Both the position numbers and the translations under genes were made by a program. From Selaginella moellendorffii (taxonomy: Eukaryota; Plantae; Lycopodiophyta), in the NCBI RefSeq assembly GCF_000143415.4, contig NW_003314277.1:507183-571182 (forward strand): DNA of 64,000 nucleotides, in the 5' to 3' direction. Every line of letters begins with the position of its first letter. Position 1 is the stretch's first letter. Positions 48,190 through 59,514 of the stretch are shown piece by piece. The notes beneath the pieces are model-generated. The model searched no databases, was not told the origin of the DNA, and saw nothing but the letters and a program-made list of their open reading frames with translations.

Positions 48190-49371
48190 TTAGAAAGGAT
48201 GGGTGCGCTCGGGTTCTTTGCCGCAAGGCAGCATTGCGGCCACTACGTCGCGGCACTCGACGTTCATGAAATTGAATGCGATGGCAGCATGCCTCTGTTT
48301 GAAGGGAGAAAAACTTTGCGAGTGAGGACAAAATGGAATTGTTACGAGACGTACCGAATCGACGGATTCGATCTTGATATTTCTGGATTTAAGAAACTCC
48401 TTCACTTCTTTGCTGGGAAACTTCGTCGTGTTCCCGGTTCCGAGCACCAAGATCTCTGTGGAGATGGAGAAAACTTTAGAGAAGTTTGCGAGAGCTGGAG
48501 TGTTTCAGTGGAGAACCTGGAGTTGGAGTCAGTAGATCAACAATCGCCAAGCTGCAAAGACGATCGTTTCAGTTTAGAGAAAAAACTAGCACGAAGGAAA
48601 AGAAAGGAAAACAGACCTTTCGGGGGTGATTTCTTCAAACGTTTTCGGAGTCCATGACAGGACAAACTTGCTAAGGCATATGATTGAATCGAAATATTCG
48701 ACCTGATCCACCGAGAAGCTTTCCTCACTTAGTCTGCACAGAAGTGAGAAAGATTAACATAAAGAAAAAACACCATAGCTAGAACAAGAAAAAAAAAGAG
48801 CTTAAAGTTCTCAAACTTCTCAAACATCGCAAGAGAAACAAAGAAAACGAAGTTGAATCTAGAAGAAAGAAATAAAAAGAGCTCAAGTTCTCAAACTTCT
48901 CAAAAAGCGCAAGAGAAACAAAGAAACACAGAAGTTCTCAAAGCAAAAAATCTAGAAGAAGGAAAATAAAGAGCTCGAGTTCTCAAACTAATCATAAAAC
49001 GCAAGAGAAACAAATAAACACAGAAGTTCTCAAAGCAAAAAATATAGAAGAAGGAAAACAAAAGAGCTCACGTTCTTTCTTAAAAACTCAAGAGAAACAA
49101 AGAACCTCAAGCAAAAGAAAGAAACCAATGGAGTTTCCGTAAAAAAAAGAGAACTTACGCATCCACGGCGACGCGCCCCGAGCTCTCTTTCATTTTGCCA
49201 AACAGATCAAAGTCGTGAATAGAGGTCGTATTGCCCCTGATAAACCCTAGCTTCCATCAGCAACGAAGAATCGATCGATCGAAATGGATCACATTACCTC
49301 CTGTGCTGCGCGATCCCGGCCGCGCCTCTCGCAAAATGCGCTACCCGGGCGCGCGCCAGCGCCATCGCCAT
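48190..49371 (-). CDS. NDUFAF3: NDUFAF3 / Mth938-domain complex I assembly factor
   Basis: Spliced reading MAMALARARVAHF...|GNTTSIHDFDLF...|LSEESFSVDQVEYFDSIICLSKFVLSWTPKTFEEITPES|LAIVDLLTPTPE|ILVLGTG...IKIESVDS|RHAAIAFNFMNVECRDVVAAML; GT-AG junctions keep the frame. Confidence 0.85.
48770..49120. repeat. Degenerate tandem repeats inside an NDUFAF3 intron
   Basis: AGTTCTCAAA and CAAGAGAAACAAA recur four or more times. Confidence 0.75.
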
Positions 49372-49440
49372 CACCAGAACCCTTGGCGTCAAGAAGCACG
49401 AGGACCGTTGGATTCGAAACAACCGACGGCCGAGACTAGC

Positions 49441-49800
49441 TTATTTCTTACAACACTCGTGGTGTTCATGGTGTTTGGAAGAGGACGATCCATCCATTGT
49501 CGAGCTCTTCCTTTCCAATTTCTCCTTCTTCTTCATCTTCTTCTTCTCATCGCCCGGATCGCCATCGTCTTCGCTGCTGCTGCTGTCCGTGAATTCCTCC
49601 TCCTTGTGGAAAATGCAGCAAATCTTGGAGCTCTTCTTGTCCAAGAACTCGTTGTCGACAGTGTCCGCCTTCCAACTCACCTTCTTCTTGCGCCGCGGCG
49701 CCAGGCGCAGCGTCAGCCTCTCCAGTTGCCGCGGCTGTTGCAGCGTCACCGTCGTCGTCGCTGTCGCGCTCGATGACGATGCCGCGCCATTGCTCGCCAT
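49441..49800 (-). CDS. INH3: Protein phosphatase 1 inhibitor-3 (Ypi1/PPP1R11 family)
   Basis: KKKVSW PP1-docking motif and TVDNEFLDKKSSKICCIFHK signature; acidic tail. Confidence 0.93.
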   Translation of the reverse strand: MASNGAASSSSATATTTVTLQQPRQLERLTLRLAPRRKKKVSWKADTVDNEFLDKKSSKICCIFHKEEEFTDSSSSEDDGDPGDEKKKMKKKEKLERKSSTMDGSSSSKHHEHHECCKK

Positions 49801-50099
49801 CGAAATCCAAGCTCCCCCGTCACTCGATCGAGCGAATTGGGATCCCACCACTGAAGAACCCTAAAACATTAAACTCGAGCTCACCGGTTTCGAACCACAT
49901 TCAAAGAACCCTACAACTTAAAAACTCGAGCGACAAATAATATTCGAACGATTTAAATTTTGGTCTTTCTTTCCATTCATTCCAAACAAACTCATCCGAT
50001 CAAAATGACAAGAAGCTCGATCCAAAGGAAGCTCGACTCGATCGATGGAAACAGACGACTCACTCCGATCCAAACGCCAAGAAGCTCGAAGAACAATCC

Positions 50100-50320
50100 C
50101 CACACTAGCAACAATTCGAAGAACCGATACCTGCGAGAGACAAAACGATGACGAGAACGCTAAGATCTTCGAGTACCTGGAGTTCTAGACGATTGTAGCT
50201 GGCAATTCCACTAGCAACAACTCGCTATCTGCGAGAGAGAAAAACGATGACGAGAACGAGAACTAAAATACCAAAGATCTTTCGAGTACCTCGTTTCGAG
50301 TTCTAGACGATTGTAGTCCG
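50100..50320. repeat. ~110 bp local tandem duplication that includes the CSE1 stop region
   Basis: CACTAGCAACAA...AAAACGATGACGAGAACG and GAGTTCTAGACGATTGTAG each occur twice. Confidence 0.8.
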
Positions 50321-53240
50321 GTACGCGTTACACATCTGGCGTAGCGCTTCCTGGTTGCCTGCGTCGAGATGCTGCTGGATCACTCCCGGGAATTTGCCCG
50401 GGTACTGCATCGAGAGCCTGTTGAGCGAGTGGCAAAGGTACTCCTTGGCGTCCTTGATCTCCTTGAGAGGATCATCGTCCTTCTTCCCAGCGTGGTGGAG
50501 CTGCGCGTAGACTCCACCATACCCGGTCACCTGGTCCAGCTCCGGAACATCGGTTTCTTCCGCCACTCTTTCCTCCTCGGGCCTCACCAGCAACACCACC
50601 ACGTTGTTGAGCAGCTTCCCCCAGAGCTGATCCTCCGCGAGAAGTAGAGCCGACTCGCACAAAAGCCTCGTCGATGCCACGGCGCACAGCTTCGTCTCGA
50701 TGCTTCCAGAGATGGAACTCAGCGTCGGGATCCAAAACTGCTGCAGCACGTCCACGAAGAGCCGCGGCTGCGTCGGGCTCACCTTGTTCACCGAGTCGAC
50801 CAGCACCGCTTGGCCGTGCTTCACCGTGAAGAGCGACATGAAGAGCACCAGCAGCTTGAGGAACTTGACGGTGCGGTGCTCTCCCATGAGCCGGGAGAAG
50901 AAGGCCGTCCATAGATGCGGGACGATCGGCATGAGCAAGTCCTGGCTGAGGCTCTCCACCATCGCGTTGGCGATGTAAAATGCGTAGTCCTCCGTGCTCT
51001 TCCGGGACACCAGCCTACTGAAAACGTTGTAGACCTCCTGCAGCTGGTTTCCCTGTGCTATCTCCCGAGGTGCTTTGAGCAGGAAGGCCTGGAGAAGCCG
51101 GATGATGGCAGGAACGTTGGCCGACTTCTGCCAGAATCTCTGGTCGATCAGCACCGGAAAAATCACCAGGTACTCCCTGGGAATAGGCTGGCCCCTCGAC
51201 TCGATCAGCTGCGCAAGTATCTGAAACGCGTACGGCTGGAACTCGGCAACGTCGTTCTGGAGGATGAACTGAAACACCGGAAACAGCTTCCCTTCGAAGG
51301 CCATCACCACTTCTTGGTCCCGTTCACAAGCCTTCCTCACGAGCACGGACACCGACTCAAAGATGTAATGGTTGAACGTCGGATTGGTCGGGTTCCTGCA
51401 TACCTTGCCGAGAATCCCCACGAGGTCGTCCAAGTATTTCACGGACATCGGGCCAACCTCCGCCACGGAGAGAACTCTCATGATGCACTTCATCACGTAG
51501 GGATTCTCCTGAGAGTCTGGGAATTGCAAGGCACTGAGCGCGTTGGCCAGGAGCTGGCTCTGAAAGGGAGCGAGGTCTGCCGAAGAATAGCGTGGCACTC
51601 CTCCGTCTCTCACCAGTAGCAGCTTTTCCACACACCCAGCAGCATACGAGTGCACCACGTTGGTTGAGCTGACCAAGAGCTGGATGATCTGCGGCATCAG
51701 TTCCAAGACTACCGGTTTCGGCACGGCGCTCCTGAAGGTCGTGATGAACTTGAGCGCATCAGCCACGAGGATATCGGTTGAGCCTCGAAGCTCGGGGTTG
51801 ATTTGCGACGCAAGGAACTGCTCAACGTTGACAAGATCAGTTGTCACAGCTCCAGTCAAAGGCTGCTTCTGTGCCAAGGCGACGATCAAGTAGATGGCCG
51901 TATCCTTGTCTTTCCAGTTCCCTGTCGGATTTGCAGAGTAACTCGCACCTAGCTGTCCTAAGTAGCCGGAAACCAAACCAGTAACTTGGTCCCTGTACCG
52001 CAGCATAAGCCCCTTCACAAGCTCGCAAGCTATACGCCTTCTGGTATCCGTGTCACTTCCCTCGATGTCTCTTCTTATGTACTCCAGAGGATTCAATTCG
52101 AAAAGCTCCTCATCTTCCGCTCTAACTGTAAAGCAGCAGAGAAACGTGAGCTCGACATGAAGAAAAAAATAAAACTAAGAGAGAAATATACTTACTTCTA
52201 ACGTTTGGGATGGCGATACTTTCGCAAATCTGTCTCAGGGTGTCCGCGCCGCTAAAGAGCGCATGATGCACGCTCTTACTGACCGTCGTCAAGAACTTCA
52301 TAGCCGACATTGCCAGTCGGTCGTGCGCTGGCTGCAGCGACGTAGACATCAACAGGTTCCAAACATCCGTCGCAAATCTCTGGAGATAGTCTCTAAACTC
52401 CTCCTCGTTCTTCTCCATGTAAAGGTTTATGTTCTCGCAAACGGCAGTCTTGAGCTGATCCACGACGCTCTCCTTCTCGGCATCCCTCTCCGCCAGAACC
52501 GGGTTAGAGTACATGAGATAGTACTCAAACTCGTCCATCCACTCTCTCATGTGGTTCTCAAAAAACTCCGGGAGCTCCTGCGAGTTGAGCGAGTAGAAGA
52601 TCCGGCAGCACAGCCTCTGGCACTCGAACAGCGGCCTGAGCGTCGCAGGATCCTGCGTAGCCTTGATCTGTGCCCCGGTCTTGGTGAAAATCTCCAGCAG
52701 CGGCGCGGCAAAACCATCCAGGCAGTACTTGAGATCGGTGTAGAGCTCCACGCTCTTGTATCCATATCTAAACTTCTTGAAGATGGAGTTGAGAGCTTGC
52801 AAGATCCCGTTGATGGTAGTGTAGCTTGTCGAAGTTGACAAACTCCCAACAAGCTCCGGGAGGAGCCCCTTCCAGTTGCTCGGGAAATCATGGCTGCTGA
52901 TGATCGCGAGAGCTTCGCTCAGCTGGCTCTGGATCTTGGGCGACGAGCTGAGCATCAGCCTGACCACGTACCCCTTGATCTGCTCCTTCTCGCTGTCCTG
53001 GATCCGCAAATTCGCCTCCAGCTCGCCGGGATTCCATCGGAACTTGACATGGTTCTTGAAATGCACGGCCGCCGCTTGCCGCACCTGATCGTCCACCGCC
53101 GCCTCGCCAAGAAGCTGGAGAACAGCGACGCCATAGCCGGGCTGGGCCGAGGCGTTGGCGAGATAGAGCTCCGCCTTCTTTCTTGGCTCTGGATCCGGCG
53201 CTAGAGTATAGAGAAAGGCCTCAGAGAGATTTACCGCCAT
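50303..53240 (-). CDS. CSE1: Exportin-2 / CSE1 / CAS
   Basis: IBN_N AAAVHFKNHVK; FYSLNSQELPEFFE; intron 52195-52126; EDEELFELNPLEYIRRDIEGSDTDTRRR; ENPYVMKCIMR. Confidence 0.95.
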
Positions 53241-53336
53241 GGAGTCGGCGAACGCCGCATAAGCGCCAGAATCCCTCCTCGCCGCTCCTCGCAAAACCCT
53301 ACACAGCCTTGGATAAACCCTAATCTAGCAAACAAA

Positions 53337-53535
53337 GAAGAGCGCTTTAAATTAGAACCTACTCATTGGCGAGTCCCTTGTACAGGAATGGTGACGATGG
53401 GATTTGGTTTGTCGAATTTACAGGGATGTTGGTTTGAGAAGTAAAAATCCCCTCCCCAAAGTATCGTCGTCGAATCAAAAGGATGAACACACACAAAAAA
53501 AAAGAGAGCGAGAATTTGGAAGAACAAAATAATGC
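53337..53535 (-). pseudogene. Inverted copy of the LIP1-like last exon
   Basis: LIRRRYFGEGIFTSQTNIPVNSTNQIPSS vs LIRRRYFGEGISTYFSSTQSNIPVNSTNQMPSS at 58942-59040. Confidence 0.85.
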
Positions 53536-53725
53536 TAAGATGGTCGTTTTCAAGCGGCTGCGATGAAAAGATCGGCCAGAGCTTTTCCAGAAAACAAATA
53601 GGCAGGAAGGAGAGCCTACATTTTTATGTTTTCCAAGAAAGATCATAAGGATCCTAAATTCCTCGACTTGTAATTAATGAGAATCGGCTGATAGTTTCTC
53701 GGTGGTGGTAGCGGTGTGTGCGGCT

Positions 53726-55522
53726 ATGGCTTCCAGCTCTCGTTCTTCCCAACCAAAGGTGATAGTGGGCTTAGATTTTGGGACTACATTTTCCGGCTTC
53801 TCGTTCGCGCATCGCTCTGATCCGGATGATGTGCAAAGCTTCTACGACTGGCCAGATGCCGGCAGGCCCTACTGCAAGACGCAGACCAGCTTGTTCTACT
53901 CTCCAGCGGGAGAGCTTCTTGCTTGGGGATGGAGCGCGCTCAAAGCCTACTCGGAAGCTCTCCAGGTTTCCTCCAGCACTGGCCAAGGCGAGGTGGGTCT
54001 CCTAGTGTCCAAGTTCAAGCCCATTCTCGAAGATGGCGAGCTCGCGAAGAGTATGCTGGAGGTTCTTCCGGGTTGGGCGACTGCGGAAAAGCTCATAGTG
54101 GATTATCTCGGTTGCATCTCCGAGTTTATTGGCGGGCATCTCCGGCAAAAGTATGGCTCGTGCCTGCTCCGAGAAGAGGTTGCCTGGTGTCTCTCCGTGC
54201 CTGCGATCTGGAGCGATGCTTCCAAACGCAAGATGGAGATTTATGCAGAGAATGCAGGGATCGTGAAGGGGAAGCATTGCTCCAGCTCCGAGGCGAGTTC
54301 ATTCCCTCTCAAGATAGTTCTCGAGCCAGAGGCAGCGTCGTTTTACTGCCAGAAGCAGCTCAAAGACACGGCAATCCTGTGCAATGGTGACAAGTTTCTC
54401 ACCGTGGACGTTGGTGGTGGGACGATCGACTTGGTGGTGCACGAGAAAGTCGAGGGTGGATCATCATACGAGGTGCGTGAGGTTTCAGCCAGTTCCGGGG
54501 AGCTGGGAGGAGGGACGTACGTCGACAAAAACTTCCTGGGCTTGCTCAAAAGAAAGATTGGGTGCTTAGAGAGCTTTGACGATCCAGAGACGCTTCACAA
54601 GATCACACGGTGGTGGCTGGGGTCTCTTGGAAAGAGTAGCTTCGATGGAACGGGTTTCAAACTCTATGAGCTGCCGCGGAAGCTCTCAAAGGCATGGAAG
54701 AAGTTTGATGAGCAGCTGGGATGCGCAGAGGGTCATGACGAGGAGTACTACGAGAAGATCAAGCTCAGCGAAGAAGAGCTGAGGGGCATCTTTGACACCG
54801 AGATCGAAAAAGTTGCAGCTCTCATCGACAAGCAGCTCTCTCATTGTCGTGACACGATGATCCAGCACGTCTTTCTGGTTGGCGGATTTGCTGAGAGTCC
54901 TTACCTCGTGAAAAAGATCACTGAGAAGTACAACTCGAGTAACGCTGGCGCAACGAGAGAGGTGATCGCTCCTCCATCTCCAGGTGCTGCCATATGCAAA
55001 GGCGCAGTGGCACTCGGATTTGGCACCGCTGCCGTTGTCTCGAGAATCTCCAAGAAATGGTATGGCTTGAGGACCGCGCAGAGGTTTCAGGAGGGTGATC
55101 GGGAGGAGTACAAGTTCGTGAATGATGAAGGAGTTGATATGTGCGATGAAAAGTTCCAGATATTTGTGAAGAACGGGGAATCTATTGCAGAGGACACATT
55201 CGTCTCTGACGGGAACTTTGGTCCGTCATTCGCGAAGCAGAGATCAATGACGATAGAGTTATTCAGTTCGAGTGGCGAAATTGCTCCAAGCTACGTCACT
55301 GATCCGGGCTGCAAGAGGCTGGGGAAGTACATCTTTGACATAAGCGAAAACATGGAGCTTGGGCACAAGCGGAGTGTTTTCGTGTCAATGTACTTTGGAA
55401 GGTCGAGCATCCAAGTGTTTGCGCAGCGGATCAACTTTGGAAAGAACCGACAGCCTGAGAAGCTCTACTGCGTTGATCTGAGTGGGTCTTCCATAGGCAG
55501 GAAGAGGAAATCGAGAATATAG
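53726..55522 (+). CDS. HSPA12-type atypical Hsp70 (actin-like ATPase), intronless
   Basis: VGLDFGTTFSG, LSVPAIW, LEPEAAS, TVDVGGGTIDL, FLVGGFAESPYL, AICKGA; no EEVD tail. Confidence 0.88.
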   Translation: MASSSRSSQPKVIVGLDFGTTFSGFSFAHRSDPDDVQSFYDWPDAGRPYCKTQTSLFYSPAGELLAWGWSALKAYSEALQVSSSTGQGEVGLLVSKFKPILEDGELAKSMLEVLPGWATAEKLIVDYLGCISEFIGGHLRQKYGSCLLREEVAWCLSVPAIWSDASKRKMEIYAENAGIVKGKHCSSSEASSFPLKIVLEPEAASFYCQKQLKDTAILCNGDKFLTVDVGGGTIDLVVHEKVEGGSSYEVREVSASSGELGGGTYVDKNFLGLLKRKIGCLESFDDPETLHKITRWWLGSLGKSSFDGTGFKLYELPRKLSKAWKKFDEQLGCAEGHDEEYYEKIKLSEEELRGIFDTEIEKVAALIDKQLSHCRDTMIQHVFLVGGFAESPYLVKKITEKYNSSNAGATREVIAPPSPGAAICKGAVALGFGTAAVVSRISKKWYGLRTAQRFQEGDREEYKFVNDEGVDMCDEKFQIFVKNGESIAEDTFVSDGNFGPSFAKQRSMTIELFSSSGEIAPSYVTDPGCKRLGKYIFDISENMELGHKRSVFVSMYFGRSSIQVFAQRINFGKNRQPEKLYCVDLSGSSIGRKRKSRI

Positions 55523-55563
55523 AAAGATGGCCGCATATTATTATGTTAATAATACGGATTTAA

Positions 55564-55985
55564 GCGCCGCTAAAGAGCGCATGATGCACGCTCTTACTGG
55601 GACCGTCGTCAAGAACTTCATAGCCGACATTGCCAGTCGGTCTGCACCGGCTGCAACGACGTAGACACCAACAGGCTCCAGGCATCCTAGCAAATCTCTG
55701 GAGATAGTCTCAAGAGCGCTTTATATTAGAGCCTATAGTGCGGCGAGCTATTGCTTCTGGTGAGTCCATTATAGGAACGATGACGATGGCATTTGGTTTG
55801 TCGAATTTACAGGGATGTTGCTTTGCGTCAAAGAAAAAGTGGAAATCCTGGAAGAGAACACACAAAAAGAAAAGAGTGAGATTTTGATCCAAGAGGAAGA
55901 ACGAAATAATGCTCATACCATCAAGAAGATTGTTGATTGCTTGTACTCCATGTCCAGCTTTCCATCCTTTGCTGCCTGGAAAAAA
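55564..55985 (-). pseudogene. Chimeric fragment: CSE1 piece plus LIP1 3' exons
   Basis: 55564-55711 matches CSE1 52246-52393; 55712-55985 is the reverse complement of about 58812-59108. Confidence 0.85.
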
Positions 55986-56595
55986 AACCATCAAAAAACT
56001 TTCAAAGACAACTAGTCATTGGATGCAAGCTTCATCAATTGTTGTTAAGAGAATGAAATCCTTTCCTTGTAAACTTTAGAGAATTATAGATTTTGAGGGT
56101 TTGAGTTCCAATTATTTAATTATTATATATTATAAAACAAATTGAAATGATATTTATTTAAATTAAATTAATAATAAATTAAGGAAAATTCTCTTAAGAA
56201 AATAAGAATTTTCTAAATTGTTACAAAAACTTTGTAATCACCAAAATCTATTAAATATTTGGTACCAATTGTTTCCTTCTTATTTAGTTTATTACTACTT
56301 TTAAAATTAATATAAAAATATTTTGTTCAACAAGTTTATAAATCTAGTAAAGCTAATAAGTAAGAATCAATATCATCATTAAAATAATGTTGAAATAAAT
56401 TTAGCATAATGTAAAAAATCATTAAAAATATATAATATCAATCAAATAAACAATTGAAACTTAAATTTTATTTCAAAATATAGGTGATTATTATAGTAAT
56501 ATATATAGTTAATTTATTTATTTATATTGATATTAAAATTAATATAATTAAACAGAAAGATATCAAAACAATTAATTAAAATTTCTCTTTCTTTC

Positions 56596-57250
56596 AAGGG
56601 GTTAATGTATTTATCTCAAAAAAAATATAGTTATTACAACCTTTTGATTGTGAATGAGCTCAAAAATCTTATATGTGACAATCACCCCAAAAACGCTAAA
56701 TTAAAAGTACAAAGAAGAATTATTTTAGGCAAAAATAACATTCAATAATTTATTTTTTAATGTTTGAATTATAATTACAAATTCAAAATGATTCAAAAAA
56801 TAAAATCACTATAGTGCAATTAAAAGTGTGTTATACCTTTTTTTTGTGAAATATCAATATTCGCAAAGTTATATTTTTCACATATCACGCATCCTGTTTA
56901 AAGGACCACATATACACAAAAAAATAATTAACTAAAATTATTTTTTATTTTAAGGGGTTAATGTATTTGTCTTAAAAAAAATATAATCCTCACAACCTTT
57001 TAATTGTAAACAAGCTTAAAAATTCTATATACGACAATTATCCTAAAAACACTAAATTAAAAGTATAAAAAATGATTATTTTAGGCAAAGACAACATTCA
57101 ATAACTCATTCTTTAGTGTTTTAATTACAATCATAATCTCAAAAAAATTCAAAAAATTAAATCACTGCAGTGTAGGTAAAAGTGTATCATACCGTATTCA
57201 TGAAATGTTGATGTCTGTGAAGTTCTTCTTCTACATATCATACATCTTCT
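56596..57250. repeat. Two diverged ~355 bp AT-rich tandem units
   Basis: AAGGGGTTAATGTATTT at about 56596 and 56952, colinear for about 300 bp. Confidence 0.8.
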
Positions 57251-57888
57251 CTAAATTTATATATTTTTAGCTTATTTCATATTCTTTTAATCTTTTTTGA
57301 TTCGACAAAAACAATTTGAATGTCCTTTAATCTTTTGTTTGATAGTGTTCTATAACACATATGTCAATGCCAATTAACAAAACAATATTAAAATTAAAAT
57401 CTTAACACTCATCAAAATTAATATAATAACCAATAATTACCACTAACTACATGAATGAACCATTCTAAACTAAACAATAGCACATTATAGTTTTTCTTCA
57501 CAAGATTAAATGCTTATTTACAGCATTGTGTTGTTTAATTATTTTTTAATTCATTTTAATTTATTTTAGTTTATTTCAATTTGTCAAATGCAAATTACCA
57601 TATAATATTGTTAACTTGAGTTTTGTATACTTTTTGAACCTATCTAACTTGATCAATTTCCAGCTACATTTGTTGATTTCTAGCCACAACCAAACCACAC
57701 TTTTTATTCTTAGTAACATTAGTGTGTCATCACTTTGGAAACAATTCACTTCAGCAGCTTGATTGCTTCTACTTGGGATTTGTTTTACATTCGTGTGTCA
57801 TCACTTTAACAACACTTCAACTTGATAGAAAGTGAAGCTTGCAATGGTTGCATCTATAGAAAGAACTTTGGTTTAGGGTTTTGCCAAA

Positions 57889-59097
57889 ATGCCGCCGAGT
57901 ATGTACAGGAGGGCGAAGGAGGAGGCGCTGCCGCCGACGGGCCAGGTGCGCGTCCTCATCGTCGGCGACGCAGGTGAGCTCTGCTCTCGGTTTTCTCGAA
58001 ATTTCAAGATCACGGCCGAGGGATCTCTCGCATCTAGGGGTCGGGAAATCCTCGCTCGCGCAGCTGATTGTGGATGGGAGCTGCGGCAAGGACGTCGCGC
58101 GGACGATTGGATGCACGGTTCACGTCAAGGTATCGATGTCCATTCTCTCTCTCTCTCTCTCATTACTGCTCTTGGCAGCACATCCAACACACTACACTGG
58201 CAAACAGCTTCCAGGATTTCTTCGTGGAGCTCTGGGACGTCTCGGGGAACGAGTGGTACAAGGATTGCCGCTCTCTCTTCTACTCGCAGATCAATGGTAA
58301 GCTTCTTCATCTTTTTTCTCTTCGGTTTTTCTAAGATGGTGCTCTACTGACACCAGGGATCATTTTTGTTCATGACTTGTCTCAGCGAAAGACCAAGAGC
58401 AGCCTCCAGAAGTGGGCGAGAGAAGTAGCCTCTCTGGGCCATTTCTCGGCACCGCTGCCATCGTCCGGCATGGGACTCGTTCCAGTGCCGTTCCTGGTGA
58501 TTGGCAACAAGGCCGACATTGCTCCAAAGGCTGGTGGTAGCAGTGGCAATCTCGTTGACGCTGCAAGGCATTGGGTCGAGAAGCAAGGCCTCCTCTCTCC
58601 AACGGACGAGCTTCCTACGTCGGAAACATTCCCTGGAACTCAAGGTCTTCGAGCGGTATGTTTCCTTCTCGAAATCTGTAAGAATCCTCTAAAGTTGACA
58701 AGGAAAGGATCTCATTCTCTTATCAGCAGTTGATGAAGTTTGCATCGAATGACTAGTTCTCTTCATAGCTCTCAGAAGGTTTTTTTTATGGCTTTGATGG
58801 TTTGTTTTTCTCTTTCCAGGCAGCAAAGGACGGAGAACTGGACATGGAAGCAATCGACGATTTTTTCTCGATGGTATCATTATTTTTGTTCTTCCTCTTG
58901 GATCAAATTCTCGCTCTTTTCTTATGTGTGTGTTCTTCCAGTTAATTCGCCGACGCTACTTTGGGGAAGGGATTTCCACTTACTTTTCTTCGACGCAAAG
59001 CAACATCCCTGTAAATTCGACAAACCAAATGCCATCGTCATCGTTCATGTACAATGGTCTCGCCAGAAGCAATAGCTCGTCGCGCTATAGGCTCTAA
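57889..59097 (+). CDS. LIP1: LIP1-like atypical small GTPase
   Basis: PPTGQVRVLIVGDAG|VGKSSL, TIGCTV, FFVELWDVSG, CRSLFYSQING, VPFLVIGNKAD, GNLVDAARHWVEKQGLL; last exon 58942-59097. Confidence 0.9.
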
Positions 59098-59140
59098 AAG
59101 CGCTCTTCTTCGGCTATGAAGTTCTTTGACGATAAAAGAA

Positions 59141-59514
59141 ATATGCGGCCATCTTTCTACGTTCTCGATTTCCTCTTCTTACCTTTATCCCTCGTCTCCG
59201 TGGTCAGATCAACGCATTAGAGCTTCTCGGTTCTTTCCAAAGTTGAGCCGTTGTGCAAGCACTTCGATGCTCAGGAAAATACTCCGCAGGTCCATGTCTT
59301 TGCTTACGAGCAATTTCGCAACTCGAACTGAGAGAACTAAGTTCCCTTCAGAGACGAAGGTATCCTCTGCAATAGTTCTTCACAAATATCTTGAACCTTT
59401 CATCGCACATATCAACCCCTTCATCATTCACTCCTCCTGATCACCACCTCTGATTCTGAACCCATACCATTTCTTAGAGATTCACGAGACAACGGCAGCA
59501 GTGCCAAATCTGAG
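59141..59514 (-). pseudogene. Inverted, multiply deleted copy of the Hsp70 3' end
   Basis: Reverse complement aligns in blocks to 55012-55538. Confidence 0.85.
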
